From: Octopus sinensis
Lineage: Eukaryota
Assembly (NCBI RefSeq): GCF_006345805.1
Contig: NC_042999.1
Location: 6,076,001 to 6,140,000, forward strand
Length of the DNA: 64,000 nucleotides
Reading direction: 5' to 3'
The translations under genes were made by a program, and so were the position numbers. Below are positions 1 through 12,637 of the stretch, one piece after another (position 1 is the stretch's first letter; each line of letters opens with the position of its first letter). The notes beneath the pieces were generated by a model that worked only from the letters and a program-made list of their open reading frames with translations, searched no databases and was not told where the DNA came from.

Positions 1-155
1 ACATGGAGAAAGCCTTTGACAGGGTCCCCCGATCCCTTATCTGGTGGTCAATGAGGAAACTAGGGATAGATGAATGATTAGTGAGAGCTGTGCAAGCCAC
101 GTACAGGGACACTGCTAGTAAGGTGAGTGTTGGCAACGAGTACAGTGAAAAATTC
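1..155 (+). mobile_element. RTE-type LINE reverse transcriptase fragment (degenerate)
   Basis: Frame from nt 3 reads MEKAFDRVPRSLIWWSMRKLGIDE*LVRAVQATYRDTASKVSVGNEYSEKF, the DxxKAFDRV region of RTE-clade RT, with one in-frame stop. Confidence 0.8.
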
Positions 156-156
156 C

Positions 157-720
157 AGAAGGAGTCACCGAGAACAAGGACCATAAGATTCTGTGGGATT
201 TTACAATCCAATGTGACTCCCTAATCGAGGCTCGGAGACCAGTCATTGTTGTGGTAAAGGAAAAAAGGAAACCAAGATGATAGATATTGCAATACCTGAG
301 GATGCACCCACAAGAAGCATAAGAACTAGAAAAGATTGAAAAGTACGGACTACTAAAAGACGAAATTGCAAGAATGTCGACTATGAGGAAAGTGTCTGTC
401 ATTCCAGTAGTTGTAGGGGACACTCGGAGCACTAACAACCAAGTCCGAGAAATATATCAAACAAATAGGAATTGACATGAGAGCAGAGCAAGGGCAAAGA
501 ACTGCTCTGTTGGGGAGAGTTGGAATTTTCAGATTGGTACTTGGAAGTTGAATGTGTCCCACGATAATTAAAAACCAAGTATCGAAGCTTATGATGTGCG
601 GAAAGAGACCCTGTGAGTCATCTGACAGTAGGCTGCTGTCCGCTCTCAAAGAATCTACTAGAACAAACAAGACCGAACGTTCTGAGAAGTAAAGCAATAA
701 TAATAATAATAATAATGATA
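157..720 (+). mobile_element. R4/Dong-type non-LTR retrotransposon 3' end (restriction-like endonuclease), (TAA)n tail
   Basis: Frameshifted translation: PEGVTENKDHKILWDFTIQCDSLIEARRP..IDIAIPED..EKIEKYGLLKDEIARMSTMRKVSVIPVVVG..TALLG..LVLGS*, then a UTR and (TAA)n near 697. Confidence 0.8.
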
Positions 721-776
721 ATAATAATCCTTTCTGCTGCTGGTGGTGGTGGTGGTGGTGGTGGTGGTGGTGATGA

Positions 777-947
777 TGATGCAGTGGCAGGCAGTGGCTC
801 TCATGTCTTCTCATCTTAACTGATTGGAAGTGTTATCACGTACATGTTTTGTGTCGGTGTAAAAGATTGGCCACAACAAATATTCTGCTCTGTACTGTTG
901 AGTTGCTCCTCAGTTGTTTGACCTTAACCAGTTGAGCCTGTCCCCTC
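777..947 (+). mobile_element. 5' fragment of the ~560-bp (AAT)n-associated repeat (called element E here)
   Basis: GGCAGTGGCTCTCATG..CTTAACTGATTGGAAGTGTTATC.. matches the start of the copy at 47651-48197. Confidence 0.75.
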
Positions 948-999
948 GATCGATATCATAGCAAACGATGAAGTGATGCAACTGGACGGAGCCTTCTGT

Positions 1000-1450
1000 C
1001 TCCTATCATCGGACACCTAATCGTCAATTGCCGGACTATAAACGCGACGAATTTTTCGTTCGTCCTCAAAGCTTCAGCAGGTGGTTTTGTGGGAAAAAGA
1101 AAAGCAGTTTCTGGCCCTTATTATTGTCGCTGGTTCTGCTATTGTCTGTTGATCTTTCATAATTCATATTTGCAGCAGAACAGGTTTCTACAATCAATCT
1201 GTTGGTTTTTCTTCCCACCCTCGCAACAAAACATCCCAGTAGAATGACTGCAGTCTTTGGAAGTCACAAAGGTTGACATGTCCACGCAGACATTCTCACC
1301 CGGCTACATTCAGGTATTCATATACTTCCATACGCCCTTCCCCAATCATTGGGATCCATAATATTCCATATATCAGTCAAGGCTTCCTTCAAACTACCCT
1401 TTGGGGGATCATACAGAGAATCCTTCCGCATTTTGAGAGGTAAAACTACG
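1000..1450 (-). pseudogene. Possible degenerate APE endonuclease fragment of an RTE-like LINE
   Basis: A minus frame gives LPKTAVILLGCFVARVG..SDNNKGQKLL..NHLL, resembling the LGDFNARVG..NDNGxxLL motif. Heavily decayed. Confidence 0.35.
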
Positions 1451-1959
1451 TAACTTTTCTCTATTTCTTTCTTCAAAATCGTCAAACGAGGAAGATGAGA
1501 GTGTCGTCATACACCCACTCAACAATTGTTTTTGTTTTGTTGTGTTTGTTTTGTTGCTTTTTTTTTTTTTTGCTTGTTTTGCCTTTTTTTTTTCTCAGCG
1601 TTGACCATGTTCAGAATTACTTTTTCGCAGTGAAAAATGACAACAAATTTGTTACTTTTGTTACCGTTTCGTTTGATGAGAAATTTTCATTTTTTTCTGT
1701 GTAGCACAAAAGTCTGAATTTGTTTACTCTTTTACTCTCTTTTACTTGTTTCAGTTATTTGACTGCGGCCATGCTGGAGCACCGCCTTTAAGTTTCTTTT
1801 CTTTTTTACCAACTGTTTGTCAACTTCCTATCAGCAACTTACACTCGCCTCCTTATGAGAGCTCAAAATCTCTCGTGGAAGCGTCATCCAACCAAAGTAC
1901 AAATATATGGGAAATTACCACCTGTATAACCTCATGTCAAAGGTAGAGCTGAAAACGAG

Positions 1960-2135
1960 GTAATTTCTACTCTTCTCCTCTGGAAGCCATCTGCTCGCGA
2001 TACCAGAGGGTGCTGTAATCTCCAGGGATACAGGCATCCAGCAACAGGACCTCCGTAATGCTATGATGGACCGTGAAGTCTGGCGTAACATAGTAAATTC
2101 CATTGTCTCGACCACGGTCGAACAATGATGATGAT
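1960..2135 (+). mobile_element. RTE-type LINE extreme 3' end with (TGA)n tail
   Basis: LLWKPSARDTRG..ISRDTGIQQQDLRNAMMDREVWRNIVNSIVSTTVEQ* followed by TGATGATGA. Confidence 0.7.
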
Positions 2136-2967
2136 CAGCTACTATCCTATTAGTATAAAAGACTAATAATTAGGCAATCTACAAATGTTACACTAAAATA
2201 TTATAACCAAATACGGTCGACTAAATATTTGAACAGGTAACTAGCAAACACTTCTTTATGATTTCTCTAACGACCAGCATCGACACCAACTATTACCTTA
2301 GATTTACACAGTTATAAAAGAAAAATTCTTGAAAAGGAAATAAAATTGTAGCATTTATAAGTTTTTATTGATTGTAAACATCGATTAATCGATGTTATCG
2401 GCAAACATTAAAATGATTGTTTTAATCGGCGATAATAATGGCTCCATTGTTTGTCTATCGCCTGACATGATATCGATATTTTTATGTTTCATAAGAATGC
2501 TAATTAGGGGAAGTAATCGGAATACTGGGTATTTAAAAAATACGGTAAATTAACTTGAAAGAAATTAAATAAAATCTGTAAATGTTTCTTAGTGGTTCGC
2601 CATACCACACTTAAAGTAAAAAAAAAATGAATCTCTTTCATCTCAAGAAAAGTTACTAACAGACGCAATGGAGTGTTGGTCGATTAACAATACAAATACA
2701 AAGAAGCTTAGAATTGAATAGAATTATACATTCACAAAACAAAATCACAATACATTCTCAGCATCGATGATTTGGCTTCAATTCTTTTACAGTTATTTCC
2801 ACAAGCATATTCAAATATCTTCCACTCCATTGATTACAAATGATAGCCAGCCAAATATTAAAGTCCTGGGTAATATTTTGACGAGCGTTCAAAGAAAAAC
2901 AGCTTACGGTTTTAAAAAGTGGCTTACATAGTTTTCTCTAGTCGGTGAACTATCATTATTATTATTA

Positions 2968-3480
2968 TTGCCTTCGCACAGCTTCTAACGATGGAGATGT
3001 ACTACAGTGTCAGCTGTTCATTACCAGTGAACTAAGGTAACACCTCTTATTTTTCGAGTACCTTCCGGAGTATTCGAGCAGTTCCAACCAGTGCTGTTTT
3101 CTACAAGTGCTCCACCCTTATTGTAGCCCCTATTTGTTCCACGTACTTCTCAAGGTTTTTGCTCACTGTTCCCAGGGCTCCGACAATTATTGGTACTACA
3201 GCTACCTTTCTCATCGACCACAACTGCTTAACTTCCCAAGCTAATCTGTCATATCTCTCAACTTTTCTTTATTCCTTATCGCATACCTTGTTGTCAGTTG
3301 GGCATGCTATATCTATGATCCAGCTTCGTTTGTTTTCTTTCTCAATTAAGACTTTGTCCGACTTCCTATTCTCTATCTCATGGTCGCACTAAATCACAAA
3401 ATCCCATAGGATCTTTGCATTTCTATTTTAGACGATGCCTTCAGGTTTGTGGTCGTACTAATTTTTTGCTCTGTCAAGTC
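2968..3480 (-). mobile_element. R4/Dong-type RLE retrotransposon 3' fragment (family 2)
   Basis: Minus strand KVERYDRLAWEVKQLWSMRKVAVVPIIVGALGTVSKNLEKYVEQIG..KTALVGTARILRKVLE; (AAT)n tail at ~2955-2968. Confidence 0.8.
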
Positions 3481-3484
3481 CATA

Positions 3485-3489
3485 CTTAT

Positions 3490-3572
<83 letters not shown>

Positions 3573-3590
3573 TTACTACTACTACTATTA
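3485..3590. repeat. (TAC)n microsatellite
   Basis: Direct inspection. Confidence 0.95.
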
Positions 3591-3714
3591 TGTTTTGGTT
3601 TTTCTTTAATTTGTACGAGGTTTTCCCCAAGTCTCAACCAGAGATGTCAAGAGACAAGGCTTCACATCTGAAGATGCTAACTAGTGATGTGTCATGCAAC
3701 TGAAAACACTGATC

Positions 3715-4095
3715 TGCCTGGTAGAAAAAGACCTTACATAGTAAGTAAGGCTGCATTTACATGTCGAGGAATTTACGAAGAATACGTGAGGCACCCATAA
3801 GTATGATCTTTTGTAATTCGCTTATTTTGGGGCTACCAGGAATTTGATCTACATACTTGTTTACTCTCCTTGCTATCATTCCAAATGCCCCAATAATAAT
3901 AGATAATCTCTTGAAATGCCACATTCTTCCGATTTCAGTCTAAAGCAGCTCCTTATATTTGCTCAGTTTTGCAAACATTTTCAGATGTATGTTTATATCA
4001 GTTGGGGCTGCAACATCAATCAGAAGACAAGAGTCTTTTCAATATGATCTTTCCCAATGAGGCCACGTCGGTTAACGTATATTTCCTGATCAGCC
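3715..4095 (-). mobile_element. R4/Dong-type RLE retrotransposon 3' fragment (family 3, degenerate)
   Basis: Minus strand LIDVAAPTDINIHLKMFAKLSKYKELL*TEIGRMWHFK..IIIGAFGMIARRVNKYVDQIPGSPKISELQKIILMGASRILRKFLDM*. Confidence 0.75.
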
Positions 4096-4121
4096 TAAAA
4101 ACTGAAACTCCGAATTATTTT

Positions 4122-5524
4122 TGAGTGAAAGAGCAGCACACGCCATCAAAGTGACACTGGGGTGCAAATATACGAAGCCCAATATACCCATCATGACTAC
4201 CCGTCTGATAAGGGTACACAAGGCACACGCATCACAACCATGTGAGCGCGACATGGTGATCTCATATCAAGATAAACAGCACATGACCTTGCAGGTGGGA
4301 CCCAGTTAGAATTTTCTTCTGGTCGAATAACCCATCCCGCTCGAAAGGTCCCTGAATAAGGGTTGTTTAAGGATGTTGAACGAACCACCCATGTTTCCAG
4401 ACGTGAATTATTCAAACCCCAAAGAATCCCTCTCAACACATGGCTATGATGCTCCCCCACTACTTCTGCTCGTGATCAGAGATGCACATATCGTCAGCCA
4501 CTATGGGACATGCTCAACTGGTTAAGGTCAAACAACTGACAAGCAAATCTGTGGTATTGAGCAGAATATTTGCTGTAACCCATCTTTTATACCAAGACAA
4601 AACAATGTACAGGATAACACTTCCAATCAGTTAAGATCAGAAACCATGAGAGCCAATGCCTGGTACTGCATCAAGGCATTATAATTATTATTGAGTGAGA
4701 GAGCAGTGCATGCCATCAAAGTAACACTGGGGTAAAATATACGAAGTCCAGTATACCCATCATGACTACCCGTCTGATAAGGGTACACCCGGCACATGCA
4801 TCACAACCATATGTGCGCGACATGGTGATCTCATATCAAGATAAACAGCACATGACCTTGTAGGTGGGGCCCAGTTAGAATTTTCTTCAGGTCGAATAGC
4901 CCATCCTGCTCAAAAGGTCCCTGAATAAGGGATGTTTAAGGATGTTGAACGAATCACCTATGTTTTAAGAGGCGAATCATTCAAACTCCAAAGAATCTCT
5001 CTCAACACATGGCTATGATGCTCCCCCACTACTTCTGCTTGTGATCAGAGATGCACATATCGTCAGCCACTAAGGGACATGCTCAACTGGTTAAGGTCAA
5101 ACAACTGACAAGCAAATCTGTGGTATTGAGCAGAATATTTGCTGTAGCCCATCTTTTATACCAAGACAAAACAATGTACATGATAACACTTCCAATCAGT
5201 TAAGATCAGAAGCCATGAGAGCCACTGCCTGGTACTGCATCAGGGCATAGCAAATCTGTGGTATTGAGCAGAATATTTGCTGTAGCCCATCTTTTATACC
5301 AAGACAAAACAATGTACATGATAACACTTCCAATCAGTTAAGATCAGAACCCATGAGAGCCACTGCCTGGTACTGCATCAGGGCATAGCAAATCTGTGGT
5401 ATTGAGCAGAATATTTGCTGTAGCCCATCTTTTATACCAAGACAAAACAATGTACATGATAACACTTCCAATCAGTTAAGATCAGAAGCCATGTGAGTCA
5501 CTGCCTGGTACTGCATCACGGCAT
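4122..5524 (-). mobile_element. Element E head-to-tail dimer plus triplicated 138-bp end
   Basis: Copies at 4122-4679 and 4692-5248; the 138-bp segment recurs at 5111-5248, 5249-5386 and 5387-5524; flanked by (TTA)n. Confidence 0.85.
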
Positions 5525-5550
5525 TATTATTATTATTATTATTATTATTA

Positions 5551-5597
<47 letters not shown>

Positions 5598-5600
<3 letters not shown>

Positions 5601-6232
5601 TAGTTTTATTTTTATAGCGTGCTTTCACTTCACTACTGAGCGCAGCTCTGTGTGCCTTGGGTATGTGCTGTGATTTGTTGTGATGCTCTGATGGTTATTG
5701 TATGGAAGTGTTCTGCGTAGGATGTGTGCAGTGCCTAGTAGTGCAATTTTCTGTATGTTATATGTGTTTGTAAGTCCTGGTGTTTTTGTTATGTATTTGT
5801 CTGAATATTTTTTTATCATGCCTAATGCACCTACTATGATAGGAATTGTTTCTGTTTTCAGTTCCACATTCTAGTTACCTCTATTTCCAGGTCTTTGTAT
5901 TTTGAGAGTTTCTCCATTTCTTTTAGAGACACGTTGTCATCTGCCGGTATTGATACATCAATTAGAAAGCATTTTTTTTCTTCATGATCTCTAACACTAT
6001 ATCTGGTCTGTTGGCCTTAATTTCTCTATCTGTGTGTATCGGCATATCCCAGAGTATGGTTGCTTTCTCGTTTTCTCTGTGACCTTTTCTGGTGTGTGCC
6101 TATACCATCTTTTTTCTGTTGTTATTCCATAATGTGGCATAGCTTCCAATGTATGTAGGTTCCAACTCTGTCATGTCTGTGAATATATTCTTCTTAGCCA
6201 GGACTGGGCAGCTAGAGATAATATGATTTATT
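5598..6232 (-). mobile_element. R4/Dong-type RLE retrotransposon 3' fragment (family 4) embedded in (TTA)n
   Basis: ORF 5625-5867: LKTETIPIIVGALGMIKKYSDKYITKTPGLTNTYNIQKIALLGTAHILRR; (TTA)n on both sides. Confidence 0.85.
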
Positions 6233-6317
6233 GTTTCTTGTCCATCTTATTATTTATTGTTTCTTGTCCTTCTTCTTCTTATTATTATTATTATCATTAT
6301 TATTATTATTATTATTA

Positions 6318-6364
<47 letters not shown>

Positions 6365-6559
6365 TGCTGTTTTTGCTGTACTCGTTGTTGTTGATGCTTG
6401 TACTTTAGTTGTTAAACATATTTGATGATGCTGGAGTTGTTGTCGTGAAACTCGTTTCCCGCCCTCCGGCAAAACAAGGAAACTAGAAATCCGTCGGCCA
6501 TGGAGAACTAAACAGGAAACCGATGTTGTTGGAAATTAATGAATGAAAAGCTGTATCAC

Positions 6560-6960
6560 AGGGTGAGTGAGTGAGTGAGTGGGTGGGTGAGTGAGTGAGT
6601 GGGTGAGTGAGTGAGTGAGTGGGGTGGGTGAGTGAGTGAGTGAATGAGTGGGTGAGTGAGTGAGTGAGTGAGTGAGTGGGTGAGTGAGTGAATGAGTGAG
6701 TGAGTGGGTGAGTAAGTGAGTGAGTGAGTGGGTGAGTGAGTGAATGAGTGAGTGAGTGGGTGAGTGAGTGGGTGGGTGAGTGAGTGAGTGAGTGAATGAG
6801 TGGGTGAGTGAGTGAGTGAGTGAGTGGGTGGGTGAGTGAGTGAATGAGTGAGTGAGTGGGTGAGTAAGTGAGTGAGTGAGTGAGTGAATGAGTAAGTGAA
6901 TGAGTGAGTGAATGAGTGATTGATTGAATGAGTGAGTAAGTGAGTGATTGAATAAACGAG
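6560..6960. repeat. (GAGT/GGGT)n tetranucleotide microsatellite
   Basis: Direct inspection. Confidence 0.95.
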
Positions 6961-7189
6961 TGAATGTGTAGATATATGAACGTGTAATGAATGAATGAAG
7001 GAATGAAGGATTAAAGGAATGAAGGAAAGAAGGAAGGAAGGAAGAAAGGAATGCTAAAGGTGTGTAATGTGTCATGTGTAGAGGCCAAACCATTACATTT
7101 AACCAAGTCGAATCCAACTCATCTTTTGCTGGCATCTTTCTAATATCTATTGATCAGCTGTTACTATGGTAAACGCTCGTCACTGCAGC

Positions 7190-7459
7190 GTTTAGCATCA
7201 TCATCATCATCATCATGTCCTAGTCGTCGTCGTCGACATCATCATCATCATCATCGCCATCGTCGTCGTCGTTATCATCATCACTGTCGTCATACTCAGC
7301 ATGACCAACATGTCCATGACATCAGCATCTTCGTCGATGCCATCATCACAATCGTCATCGCCATCAATGGTGTTATCATCGTCATCACCACCGTCAATAT
7401 CGTCGACATCATCACGGCCAGCATCAACTCCGTTATCATCACCATCATCATCATCATCA

Positions 7460-7538
<79 letters not shown>

Positions 7539-7743
7539 TAATCATCATCATCATCATCATCATCACCGTTGTCATCGACGCCATCATTATTATCACTGTC
7601 AGCATCACCGTCATCACAATAGCAACGTCATCATCATCACCGCCACCACCACCACCACCATCAACATCATCATCGCCATCACCACTACCATTATTATTAT
7701 CATCATCATCATCATTATCATTCATCAAAACACCACCACCACC

Positions 7744-7777
<34 letters not shown>

Positions 7778-8600
7778 TCACCATCATTCATCAAAACCAG
7801 CACCACCAACGCTACCACTACCACCATCACCATCACCACCACCACCACCATCATCATCGCCATCACCACTACCATTATCATTATCATCATCATCACCATC
7901 ATTCATCAAAACCAGCACCACCAACGCCCTCACCACCACCACCACCACCATCATCATCATCATCGTCGTCAACATCATCATCACCATCATCATCGTCGTA
8001 CAACCATTTCCCACCTTGGCCAACAATAGCACTCACTGCTCACAGAAACACCTTCGCCTATTTCTTCTTTTCTTCTTTTCATCTTTCTCTGCCAAATCTT
8101 CCTTTCTCCTTTCTCTCATTCTTCCATTCGCCTTACTCTCCACACTCGTTTTACTCTACTCTCCAGACTCTCCTTTTCCATCCTTTTCTCTCTTTCCGCC
8201 CCCTCTTCATCTCTTTTTTTGGTTCAGCCAACCTTCTTCTTCTTCTTCTTCTTCTTCTTCTTCTTCTTCTTCTTCTTCTTCTTCTTCTTCTTCTTCTTCT
8301 TCTTCTTCTTCTTCTTCCACCTCTTCTTCTTCTTCTTTTTCTTCTTCTTCTTCTTCTTTTTCCACCTCTTCTTCTTCTTCTTCTTCTTTTTCTTCTCCTC
8401 CTCTCCCACCCTCCACCCCTACCCCCATACACAACGTATTTGTTTTGTTCTTCTTTACTACTGCTACAACTTGTAGTACTATAGCTGCTATCATCATCAT
8501 CGTCGTCATCATCATCATCATCATCATCATCATCGTCATCATCATCATCATCATCATCATTATTATTATCATCGTCACCACCACCACCACCACCACCATT
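7190..8600. repeat. Compound trinucleotide microsatellite block: (CAT)n/(CGT)n/(CAC)n, (TCT)n at 8232-8400, (CAT)n at 8490-8600
   Basis: Direct inspection; explains the homopolymeric ORFs in all frames. Confidence 0.9.
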
Positions 8601-9146
8601 TTCATGCCAATTCACGCCGTAAACTACCTCAACTAAATTCTACTGACGGAACCTATATACAACCTTGTCAAAAATCGATCGACGGTAGGACAAATATATT
8701 TTAAAAAATTAATTAACCGACTTTTCCACCCAGTTCTGTACCCAAGGTAGGAACCGTATCTTCTTGATGTTGCTTATTGCTATCTTGCTTGTGTTTTTTC
8801 ATGCCGTTTATGTTTCGTTTTTACTTTTGCTGTTTTTCTTGTTGTTGTTCTTGGTATTTTCGAAGGGCATACGGGGGCGTTTGGTTGTTATTCTAATCGA
8901 CATATTCAAATTATCGTATTTATAAAGATGATGAAGAAAATTTAGTAATTGTAGTAGAAGTGATGATGAGATGATGATGATGAGATGAGATGGGATGATG
9001 ATGATGATGATGATGATAATAATAATAATAATAATAATATTAAATAATAATGATAATAATAATTCTTTCAAATTTTAGCACAAGACCAGTACTTATTTTA
9101 TTGGTCCCGAAAGGTGTTATTGTAATATTAGTAACACTATAAAAAC

Positions 9147-9185
<39 letters not shown>

Positions 9186-9285
9186 NNNNNNNNNNNNNNN
9201 NNNNNNNNNNNNNNNNNNNNNNNNNNNNNNNNNNNNNNNNNNNNNNNNNNNNNNNNNNNNNNNNNNNNNNNNNNNNNNNNNNNNN
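9186..9285. other. Assembly gap (100 N)
   Basis: Run of N. Confidence 1.
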
Positions 9286-9584
9286 ACTGTCATCATGACA
9301 ATGAGAATTCCTGTTAGATTCACTATTGTCATCTAGATTTAAATTGTTGTACTTCTCTATCTCTATGTGCAGAATATCATTTCTACTTTTCGGATGATTT
9401 CGAATATTCTTTTGCTGTAGAGTTCGTTATACTACTTCCAGTTATTTTATGTACGCTCCCCTCAAGGTGGTGCCCCAGCATGGACACAGTGTAATGACTG
9501 AAACAAGTTAAAGATAAAAGATGTCCTGCTTACTGCCGTAGGGCTTTTGAGTTTCTCTTGTCGCTATTGACGACGCTGTTTTCA

Positions 9585-9880
9585 GGTTTATCTTTTATCT
9601 ATTGTCTTTTACTTGCTTCAGTCATTCGGCTGTGGCCATGCTGGAGCACCAGTTCGAAGAGCTTTTAGTCGAATGAACCAACCCCATTGTTTTTTTTTTT
9701 TAAGCCTGGAACTTATTCTATCAGACTTTTGCTGAACCGCTAACTTACGGGAACGTAAACATGCCAGCACCGGTTGCCAAGCGGCGGTGGAGGACAAGCA
9801 CAAACACAAAGACACACACACATGTATACGACGTGCTTCTTTCAGTTTTCATCTACGAAATCCACTCACAAAGCTTTGGT
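9585..9880 (-). mobile_element. SINE family A (tRNA head + CORE-like domain), partial
   Basis: Reverse complement of the family-A body (..GGTGCTCCAGCATGGCC..GACTGAAGCAAGTAAAAG). Confidence 0.75.
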
Positions 9881-9889
9881 AATACAAAT

Positions 9890-9920
<31 letters not shown>

Positions 9921-10236
9921 CTTACTTCTAGAACCTGTAACGTCACTCCCATAGTTTGAGAAAAGCTGTGAATGAAAAAAAGACGGAGAAGATTCTCAGA
10001 AAAAGAAAGGCCCACTCCATCGAAGACAACCAAAACGGGTTATAAAAAAGTTTTCTCAAGAAAACAGCGGAGGCGGCGTGAGTGACAAAAATGACATAAG
10101 ATTAACAGGTGCTCGAAAGACTAATCCGTGCCTCTCACACAGAATAGCAAAACTGCGCATCTAAATGCGTTCATCGCTGGACTATACAGAAATGAAAAAG
10201 TTTCAGCGAAAATATTTTACACAACATTATCATATG

Positions 10237-10573
10237 CTAGCAGTATAGCCCGGCGTTGCTCGGGTTTGTTTTCTTTTCGACCCTTTAGAATTGGAATTTA
10301 TGAAAAGTGAGCATTTTTTCTGGTTGAAATACACCGAAAAATGGCGACACAGCAGTCAAAAAATCGTAAAAAATAGGGATTTTCATAGAAAAAGAGCACC
10401 TTTTTGATGTAAATAATTTTTGGTGTTAACATGGTCCGATTTGAATTTTTTCTTCTACGAAATGAAGAGCAAGCCTTCTTCTATCATACTCTCAATTTTG
10501 GTCAACTTGCGCCGCAGGGTCTCGGAGGAGATAGTGTTAGTTGAAGGCTACCAAACCTACCACACACAGACAA
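10237..10573 (-). mobile_element. Non-autonomous Helitron, 5'-truncated
   Basis: Minus strand ends CCCGAGCAACGCCGGG hairpin + ..CTGCTAG; the body is homologous to 12638-13022. Confidence 0.8.
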
Positions 10574-11449
10574 GATTGAAACGGGATCATCCAGAAACCA
10601 AGAATTGTTCACCAGTCTCCAGTATGGGCGGTGATAGACAAGAAATGACGTGGAATTCTCTAACCCACGCCTAACCAGTGAGTTTTTAACTGCTGCGTAG
10701 ATAAACGACCCTAAAATGTCTTTCTCTTTGTACATTTTAAATAATATCGTGTTAATTATCATGTATGAATAGTGTGCCTTTTATTCTACGTAATAAGTCG
10801 ATGTGTTCCATAAACTTTTTTAATGCCTCTTTATAACCGCTTTTATCCCTTACCGAAAACATTTCTTATCCGGGCCACTTTTTCAAATAACTTGTGTGTT
10901 CCCAAAACACGTTTTTGTACGTCTCATTCGACGTTTTCTTTCTTGTATGCATGGGTGAATTGAATAAAATTGCCTTCAATGGCTAAATAACAGAAAATAT
11001 TGTAAATGAGCTGTTGCTGTTGTTGTTGTTGCTGCTATTGTTGTTGTTGTTGTTGCTCGGTATGCATTTATTTGTTGAAACACGACTTTCTTTAGAAATA
11101 TAACATCCTCCTTGAGAATTGCCAGACCAAACTCCCAACGCTTTCACTCACACATACATCCACCCACGCTCAAACACATACACACACACACACTCATACA
11201 CACACATATTTACAGATACATACACATTCACATAGTCTTTATTAAAGATATCAATCGGGGTGGCGACATTCGAAGGCTAACACAATGCGAACGCATTGTG
11301 ACCAGCGATGTGTAACAACATCTGATTGTCTGGTCGGTCACGTGATCACGTGATATATATATATATATACATATAATGTGTGTGTGTGTATACATTATAT
11401 ACGTACATATAGTCTTTATAAAAATGCCACATTACACCTGTTGCAAACA

Positions 11450-12400
11450 AGTGGCTATAACAAAAGTAATTGAAACAGCTGTAGTGCAGTGTCTCTAATA
11501 ACGATTAGAATAACTTCGCATCGCACTGAGTACCACCTTGAAAGAAGTTTTCTTCATTTTACTCTTAATAACGAAGAATGCATAACGTATACCAACAACT
11601 GCTTGGCTGTTTCCTGTAAATCCAGCATGTATCTTGTCCGTTAGCCTACCTTATTTTGTAGTTTGGTTCTGTAAATTATTCCTCTGGCCAAACAATTATC
11701 ATTAAGAGAGCAGTTACTGAAATCCATGCGATTACAAATTGAGGTTGTTCATTCTTGTTCATTTCAGATAGTTTCTTTTAACATTAAATTGCTTAACCGA
11801 TGAAGCAATTTTTTTACAGCATGAGTAGCTAACCTTCAAGGTTTTTCTATTGAAGGTCTTACGATACCTGTAAGCCCTGTGAAAGTATCTAGATACAAAA
11901 TTTAAGAATTCTCTAATCTCCTTTTAAATTAATGATAGATGTTAAACTATGAAACAACCTAGTTAAGAACCTGCTCTCATTAGCGATGCTATGGAAATTC
12001 ATTATTTTAATCGAAGGGGATGTATTAAACATAGCCTCGTCCGTTGAAGAGGGGAAATTTTATTTACTTATAGTAACTTACGGTTGGGTTTAGACCCTCT
12101 AAATTGAAAATAAGATCTAAAAGAAAAACTAACAATACTTTGTTTAATTTTCATTAAAGTTTCTACAGAAGTTAATAATATTTCAAATCATACGTCGGGA
12201 GAATATAATCAAATCACTTATATTGCGGCTCATAACTAATCCGTCATCTCTGTAAACATCCCCACTCAAATTTGGGAATTTTTTACGCAAATAATCCAGG
12301 ATATATCCTTCCATATTCAAGCATAATTCTACCCTGCCAGAAGCACCCGTGCAGACATCAAACAATTCATCGTTGCTTCTTTGTTATTGCAAACACGATA
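11450..12400 (-). mobile_element. Degenerate Naiad-type Penelope-like element (RT C-terminal part + start of GIY-YIG)
   Basis: ORF 12183-12365 has GDVYRDDGL; frameshifted downstream TFNRKTLKVSYSCCK..IASSVKQFN..CSLNDNCLARGIIYRTK parallels ORF 32948-33592. Confidence 0.7.
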
Positions 12401-12637
12401 GCGTCAGTGAAAAAAATGGCAATGATTTCGTGTCGTGCAGGATAATGTTGAATTTCTGAGAGGAGTGAAGGTTTTAGGAACAGAGTCGAGGAGTATTCAG
12501 AAACGGATTACTCTTGAATCGACTTATTCGTCTCTCTGAAATTGGTAGCTTCGTGCCAAAATTCGAAACCAGTATTTCAACGAGGTTTAAAGTATTATAT
12601 GTATGCCTGAGTGCTTTGGCCTTCTCCGTGGTTTTAA

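Noticed and set aside
6536-8636. Long ORFs (199-444 aa) rich in His/Ile/Ser/Asp/Leu
   Set aside because: They are translations of tri- and tetranucleotide microsatellites, open in several frames on both strands.
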